This document shows positions 57,180 to 64,000 of a DNA stretch of 64,000 bases, one piece after another. A model generated the notes under the pieces. The model made no database searches, was not told where the DNA came from, and was given only the letters and a program-made list of their open reading frames with translations. The DNA lies in contig CM121341.1 of assembly GCA_051530055.1 (NCBI GenBank), positions 3,944,761 through 4,008,760 on the forward strand. Reading direction: 5' to 3'. Within the stretch, counting starts at the first letter, position 1. Each line of letters begins with the position of its first letter. Source of the DNA: Neoechinorhynchus agilis. Taxonomy: Eukaryota; Animalia; Acanthocephala. The translations under genes and the position numbers were made by a program.

Positions 57180-57614
57180 TTGGAAGAGAAGAGCTGTTAT
57201 ACTCGAATCGAATATTCAAAGAATGCTTTATATGTAAAAAAAGTCGATTCCGAACCAAAATTTGCAAGAGGAAAATTCCGAAATATACATCTACATCTTA
57301 TCAAGAACAATATCAGAAAATCAAGTCACTTCGGCGGGTTTGTTAAGACTAGTCTGAAGATGAAAGAGATAGAGTATCGCGTCTTGCTGTCCAGAATTGT
57401 GATTCTTTACTCATGGCAAGACACGATATGTTTAAGAGATAAAATGCCGATACAAATACCACTGTTTTGGAATGTTGGAAAAACGCTTACTGAAATTTGC
57501 CGTGATTCTGGGAAAGTAAAAAGCGTGATTTCTCGTGATCAGTTCTCAAAGCAACCAGAGTTATTAAATAAATCACTGAATCAAAAGTCTAAGATCGTAA
57601 CCAGTCCTTTGTGA
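57180..57614 (+). CDS. Possible coding exon, unidentified
   Basis: 144-codon open frame in AT-rich sequence; no ATG start and no motif. Confidence 0.2.
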   Translation: MEEKSCYTRIEYSKNALYVKKVDSEPKFARGKFRNIHLHLIKNNIRKSSHFGGFVKTSLKMKEIEYRVLLSRIVILYSWQDTICLRDKMPIQIPLFWNVGKTLTEICRDSGKVKSVISRDQFSKQPELLNKSLNQKSKIVTSPL

Positions 57615-57849
57615 AACTTTAATTTTTTGTTTAAAAAATCGAAAAATAATTTGTTGTTCAGAGTTGGTCACTTTCCTTTATTCCAATGGAACTCATAGTC
57701 GACTCACATCGTGTTGCTGCACTTCTTTTGCCGTGTTCTAGACGGCTGTTGCAAACATCTCCGTCGCAATTTCAAAGTTAGTCATTTCTGAACAAGAGAA
57801 CGTACTTCGTGTGCTGGAAAGCAACGTTAGCAGAATCGAAACACGGGGA

Positions 57850-58462
57850 AGAGGGGGATACCTTTAGTGGCTCTGACCTTAGTTCAGGACTTATCCGGAC
57901 AAGATAAAATAAGAAATAAGCCCAAATAAAAGATTCCGGTTACGATCACAACCCTAAGATTTTAGAGTCATTCCTTAAGACATGCGGACGAGGAGGATAC
58001 CTTTAGTGGCGCTGACCTTAGTTAAGGACTTATCCGGACAAGATAAAATAAGAAATAAGCCCAAATAAAAGATTCCGGTTACGATCACAACCCTAAGATT
58101 TTAGAGTCATTCCTTAAGACATGGGACGAGGAGGATACCTTTAGTGGCGCTGACCTTAGTTAGGACTTATCCGGACAAGATAAAATAAGAAATAAGCCCA
58201 AATAAAAGATTCCGGTTACGATCACAACCCTAAGATTTTAGAGTCATTCCTTAAGACATGGGTACGAGGGGGATACCTTTAGTGCCACTGACCTTAGTTC
58301 AGGACTTATCCGGACAAGATAAAATAAGAAATAAGCCCAAATAAAAGATTCCGGTTACGATCACAGCCCTAAGATTTTAGAGTCATTTTTGAAGATTCGA
58401 TAAACGAGGACGAGGGGGATACCTTTAGTGCCACTGACCTTAGTTCAGGACTTATCCGGACA
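57850..58462. repeat. Tandem array, 138-139-bp unit, about 4.3 copies
   Basis: gatacctttagtg recurs at 57857, 57996, 58134, 58272 and 58418. Confidence 0.95.
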
Positions 58463-59798
58463 ATACAAACTTGATCCTGTGCCCACATAATCCTTTTTGG
58501 TGTACTGTTTATATCAGGTCACGTGCTTGTCGCAACCTCTGTCTCTTATATTTAAAGAAACACGGTCTCTCTAGAATAAGTCGACCTCTTAGAATAAGAA
58601 AACGAGACGATCTTTTTCTCTGCCATTTTAGACAAGCAAAAATGAGCATTGCCTATAGAAGACAAATAGATCGGCACGAATGCCCGGTAAGTCTAATTGA
58701 CTAAAACATTTTCAAAACATCGGAAATGTATAGTCGTACAGTCCAAGTCAATACGGTCTCGATCTTCGACATGAATCCGTCAATATCTGTGTTTTGCTGC
58801 CAGAAGAGATCACTAACGGACGGGTTACTTGTGCCAGACTCCACGCTCAACCAAGGTATGTTGTGGATATAGAATCAAGTGAAAATGGATTAGCTTCTTA
58901 TTTTCAAGGCTAATCTGCTTAGCGGTTCTTAGGCGATTCTTTTCCGAAGAAACTAGATATTGCAAGGCCTTGCTTCTAATTGTTCTAGGGATGTTCCCAA
59001 GGGTTGGCAAATCTAAAACGCAACGAAACACTTTTGATCTTGTCAACCATTTAAGTCTTACAAGTAAAGCCATTAAAGATTTCTTGCGGTATGTTGTCAT
59101 ACTATAAAAAAAGATTAATGGGTGACATTATGTTAATGCTCTTTATGTGATTTTGGAAAATCAAACTAGCGTATAATTAGCATTATTCATGATTCTCTAA
59201 ATTAGTGTTTGGCATTTGTAAATTATTGAATTGTAGTTTTTTGAAATATATTAAAAAAATTTGTCGATAGGAGAAAATAAATGAAATTAAGAATTTATTG
59301 ATTTGATATTTCGATTCACCATCTTTTTTAAGGCGTAAGATTGAATTTTTTTATTCGGCGATGAAGAAATGAAGTAATTTTGGGTGTTTTATCACGGTTG
59401 TGCGTCCGAAATATTCATCTATATAAAAACATTGTGAGGATTCCCGATAGTTTTCCCTCGAACGACTTCTTACTCAATCTTATCCGTAGTTGTGAAAAGA
59501 GATGATAGTGTTAGATTCAATAATAGACAAAGTCCAAACATCTAACGAACGGCCAAAATTTTGATTTTGCTTACACATCCCTTCGTTTTTCTCCTCATCT
59601 TATGGATCAACTATTAAGGAAATATTTCCGTTTTTTCTGTATTCCACCCGAGTACACGTGAGCGAATACATCCATTCCCTAAATGAAGAATTCAAGGTGC
59701 AAATTATTCGCAAGCATTCCCTTAATAGCCATTCGTCTTAACGACGCTCACAGTTATTTTTCTCAGTAAAACAACCGTTTAACGTCCTAAACTTTCAG

Positions 59799-61499
59799 TT
59801 CGACATTGTCGGACGTGTTGGCATTTTTGACAAGTCTATACGATTTTGACCCGAACTCATTCACTGTACACGCATCGTCGTTCCACGGCCATTTGACAAC
59901 GACCACAATGTACACTCCTTTATCACTCGATGAACGCGTTGGAGAACTCGGTGAGTTCATTTCGTACAATCACAGAAAAAAACAACATTTCCATCTTCAA
60001 GGAGCGACCATTCTCAAACTCATAAGTCGACGCCGTAGAAACAAATACGAGGTCCGTTGAGGGAACGTTTAAGTTTCTTTTTCTTAAAAGTCTTCGTAGA
60101 AGGCATACATCCCGACAGTCATCCTGCCTGGAGGACAAACAGTCAGGACTACTTCTCCATTGCCGGGAAACTATCCTCTAATCGATTTGCTCGCTCAAAT
60201 CTGCAACGAACATCAACTTGGCGATTACCACGAATTCACATTTAGGACAAAAAGCGACGGACTGTTGCCCGTCAGTCATCTTCTACTTGAACACTTACTA
60301 GATTCAGTATCTACTTGCAAGTACCGCGATTGTCTCCCTGTTCTGGAAATCGTGAAGTCGTCAAGAAGTAATGTTTCACGCCTTTTTCCACTAATTTTGA
60401 TCGATGTTTAGGACTACCAATCGCAGAAAGTGCAGAATCCGTCGATAGAATGAGATCGTTTCAAAAATCCATGTCCACAATCGCCGGTAAAGTCTCTAGC
60501 GCTAAACAAAATGTAAGTTTGCAAGCTCTAAAGGATTTGCCCCTTTAGCTTTTTTTAAATAATCGAGCGTCATAAGCTTCTTTTATTTTAATTCCAAACG
60601 AAAATTCGTTATGAATAATGCACCTTCTGAGAACGTTTAAATCCTAAACGCGGAACTTATAATTCCTAGTTTGAAGTCGCGGATCATGATTTTAATATCA
60701 ATCGAATTTGATTTATTATCTTGCGTTCAATCTTAGAACAGAAGCTACTGAGATCTTTTGTTGCGATTTGACTGTTTAAAAATAGAATTTGAGACCATGG
60801 TGAAGATTGACGGTTACAGCGGTCAACGATCTCCCAGTCTGTCGAGGTTCGCCGTTTTGTAGAATCCGCGAGGCACATCCATATCGAATCAGCAAACTTA
60901 AAGTATCTCATTAGTCGCGGAGGCACATAAAATGTGGAAATCTTCACACTTTTTCGTCCTTCCAAGAATATACGAATTTAGCCTTTTATGTGCCATTAAA
61001 TTTATCGTTTCCAAATAGACTTACGCTGTGCATTTAAAGATTCCCAAGAATTTTGCTTAATCGTTTCCCAAACGAAATACGGAAAAAAGTGCATCCATAT
61101 TTGATGAGAAAATTCACATAAAATATGGAAATCCTCACACTTTTTCGTCTTTCCAATAATCCTATCAAATGTATCGTTTCCAAATAGACTTACTCCGTAG
61201 TTGAAGACTACGTTACTCGACGTCCAGAAAGCAGCCTGTACAGTTCACACAATGGAAGTACTCGTTCATCAAAACGCGTTGCCCCTCCTCCACCACCACC
61301 ACCACCACCAACACCAACACGACGTGTTAAACGCCCAGCTCCACCACCACCGGTCCAAATCCCAAAAATCGAAGGACTTAAAGTCGACACAGCCACCCAA
61401 ACTGCAATAACGTCGTTCGCAGCAACGACTCCAAGTTCAAACAGCTCATTTGCACCATGGCATTCGCTTTTGAGCTCTTATTGGAACAAAAATGAATAG
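59799..61499 (+). CDS. Cordon-bleu-like protein (tandem ubiquitin-like/RBD domains + KRAP-type proline motifs), partial model
   Basis: Phase-consistent exons 59799-59950, 60002-60051, 60100-60367, 60412-60486 and 61201-61499. VILPGGQ...PLIDLLAQICNEHQL, PLSLDERVGELGATILKL, KRVAPPPP, KRPAPPPP. The 5' end and true C-terminus are unresolved. Confidence 0.62.
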
Positions 61500-62739
61500 C
61501 CATGCCTTACGGACGCTTCATCATCCTCGCCACATCAGGACGAAAGTATGGTCAATCGATCGACCAATACCGCACATAGATCGGCTGCAAGTAGAATCAG
61601 CAATCTATTAGACAAGCAGATTGGATCAGCAAGAGAGTTCTGGAAGCTGAAGGTACAAGAAGAGCAGAAAATGTGTTCCAATTCTCAGACCGAGGGAAGT
61701 GGATTAAAGAAAAACTAGGCAAAGTGAGAAAACTTTTGCACCAAATAAATCGAAAGTTTCGTTCGTTTTGTGAGAATTTCATCCATAAATTAATGCAGTG
61801 TGAAATGTCGCCTAGTAAGCGAGTTAAAAAATCTAAAGCGTTACAATTTTTTGATTTTAATCGTCCTCATTTTGTTAAAGGCAATCTCCAGAGAATCAGA
61901 CTGCCTCTCAAGGTTTCAACAAAAAACCGATTTTTTGTATCTGGCGTAACAATTTAAAGAATTTTATTGATTCCGGAAACAGTTAAAGGGAATAAGGCGA
62001 ACTTCAAACTAAATCTAAGTACATTGTGAATTTAACCATCTCCTACGTGTAGATTTTAGACCTTGACAAAGGCACAAGATTGCGCCGAAATACCGTAATC
62101 AATAAAATTCTTTTAATTTTGACGCCAGATACAAACATGAACACTTCTATCTTCAAACAAAGAATCGATTAGGCAGTGAAATGTGAATGCAAATTTTCGT
62201 GGACGCAACCCTAAATTCTAATCTTCAATGGCGATTATTGCTTTCCAAAGTCTTTTGCTACAGATACAATTTAAAATGATTGCATAATATTTTATTATTT
62301 ATTGATGGTTGCAACCTTATTAACCTCCCCGATGACTGATTTATTTGTACGAATTTTCGTCTGCATCCAGACCTCCTCAGGTATCCAGAATAATACGTAG
62401 TGAATGTAGCATGGGCCGAACTCAGGTGCCCGGGGTTGTTAGGCCCGAATCAAAGACGCAATTCTTAATGGTTGTTTTGATGACAGCTAAAGTAGCTGTA
62501 TAAATTTAGATGTTAAAAAATAACTTAAAGGAAATGTTTCATATTTTTCGCAAAAATGCTATTTATCTAATTTTGAAAACAATTTTATAGACAAGAACGA
62601 TAAATTCAAAAATACAAAATATATATATGTAAAGCTCGTATAAAATTACATAAATTCTAAACTTTACACTTAAGAGGATGAATAGAATGAGACGAACACT
62701 ACATCGAAAAAAAACCCGAAACCCACCGCCAATCAGACC

Positions 62740-64000
62740 AAACTCACGTTCGTTTAGAACAAAAAACCAACGAAAAAGGTCGACGCGTTCTTTTTTGAAA
62801 TGAATCCTGTTGACTTTTATTTAAATGCGACTTCAGCGTTGGTCGATCGAGTGACGTCAACGTAAAACGTTTTTCTGCTTTATCTTTTTTGGTCGTGACG
62901 TAATCTCAACAAATGTTCCAAACTCACGTTCGTTTAGAACAAAAAACCAACGAAAAAGGTCGACGCGTTCTTTTTTGAAATGAATCCTGTTGACTTTTAT
63001 TTAAATGCGACTTCAGCGTTGGTCGATCGAGTGACGTCAACGTACGTTTTTCTGCTTTATCTTTTTTGGTCGTGACGTAATCTCAACAAATGTTCAAAAC
63101 TCACGTTCGTTTAGAACAAAAAACCAACGAAAAAGGTCCGCGTTCTTTTTTGAAATGAATCCTGTTGACTTTTATCTAAATGCGACTTCAGCGTTGTTCG
63201 ATCGAGTGACGTCAACGTAAAACGTTTTTCTGCTTTATCTTTTTTGGTCGTGACGTAATCTCAACAAATGTTCCAAACTCACGTTCGTTTAGAAAAAAAC
63301 CAACGAAAAAAGGTCGACGCGTTCTTTTTTGAAATGAATGCTGTTGACTTTTATTTAAATGCGACTTGAGCGTTGGTCGATCGAGTGACGTCAACGTAAA
63401 ACGTTTCTGCTTTATCTTTTTTGGTCGTGACGTAATCTCAACAAATGTTCAAAACTCACGTTCGTTTAGAAAGAAATCGACGAAAAAAGGTCGACGCGTT
63501 CTTTTTTGAAATGAATCCTGTTGACTTTTATTTAAATGCGACTTCAGCGTTGTTCGATCGAGTGACGTCAACGTAAAACGTTTTTCTGCTTTATCTTTTT
63601 TGGTCGTGACGTAATCTCAACAAATGTTCCAAACTCACGTTCGTTTAGAACAAAAAACCAACGAAAAGGTCGACGCGTTCTTTTTTGAAATGAATCCTGT
63701 TGACTTTTATTTAAATGCGACTTCAGCGTTGTTCGATCGAGTGACGTCAACGTAAAACGTTTTTCTGCTTTATCTTTTTTGGTCGTGACGTAATCTCAAC
63801 AAATGTTCCAAACTCACGTTCGTTTAGAACAAAAAACCAACGAAAAAGGTCGACGCGTTCTTTTTTGAAATGAATCCTGTTGACTTTTATCTAAATGCGA
63901 CTTCAGCGTTGTTCGATCGAGTGACGTCAACGTAAAACGTTTTTCTGCTTTATCTTTTTTGGTCGTGACGTAATCTCAACAAATGTTCCAAACTCACGTT
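62740..64000. repeat. Satellite array, 177-180-bp unit, at least 7 copies, runs off window
   Basis: aaactcacgtt recurs at 62740, 62920, 63097, 63275, 63452, 63631, 63810 and 63990. Confidence 0.97.

Noticed and set aside
58470-59100. Possible second viral remnant on the minus strand (WQQNTDIDGFMSKIETVLT, faintly like mononegaviral L motif B)
   Set aside because: The GDNQ motif is absent and there are many stops; the similarity is too weak to support without a search.
63212-63750. Two near-identical 60-aa ORFs
   Set aside because: Products of the satellite unit.
57850-64000. CRISPR-like interpretation of the tandem arrays
   Set aside because: Whole units repeat with no unique spacers, no cas genes are present, and the context is eukaryotic.

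Overview
AT-rich animal genomic DNA with very short introns (about 39-51 nt); the organism cannot be named from sequence alone. Host genes supported: a divergent Cdx/caudal-type homeobox gene (-), a PARN/PNLDC1-like CAF1 nuclease with a C-terminal TM anchor (-), mRpL53 (-), LITAF (+), a cordon-bleu-like gene (+), a frameshifted PPP1R3/CBM21 gene (-), an internally deleted H2A.Z-like ORF (+), orphan ORFs, and three copies of an intronless secreted Thr/Glu-mucin gene with an Asp/Tyr-rich tail (-). The three mucin copies sit in mosaic segmental duplications built from Penelope-like retroelements (PLEs; at least 3 families) and CRE-clade LINE fragments. Other TEs: a Tigger/pogo deletion derivative, a Ty3/Gypsy fragment, and CR1/L2-like, RTE and I/Jockey-like LINE remnants. 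There are three tandem arrays (about 160, 138 and 179 bp units). The most unusual signals: (1) about 200-bp hairpin retroposons made only of inverted PLE pseudo-LTRs, carrying minimal hammerhead motifs and flanked by 12-14 bp TSDs, traceable to the terminus of a PLE in this window; (2) the PLE-embedded mucin cassette, whose stop codon overlaps a hammerhead-like motif; (3) a decayed, possibly viral long ORF folded back into a perfect 64-bp hairpin. No rRNA, tRNA or CRISPR array was seen. All calls are by-eye motif recognition; no database search was run.
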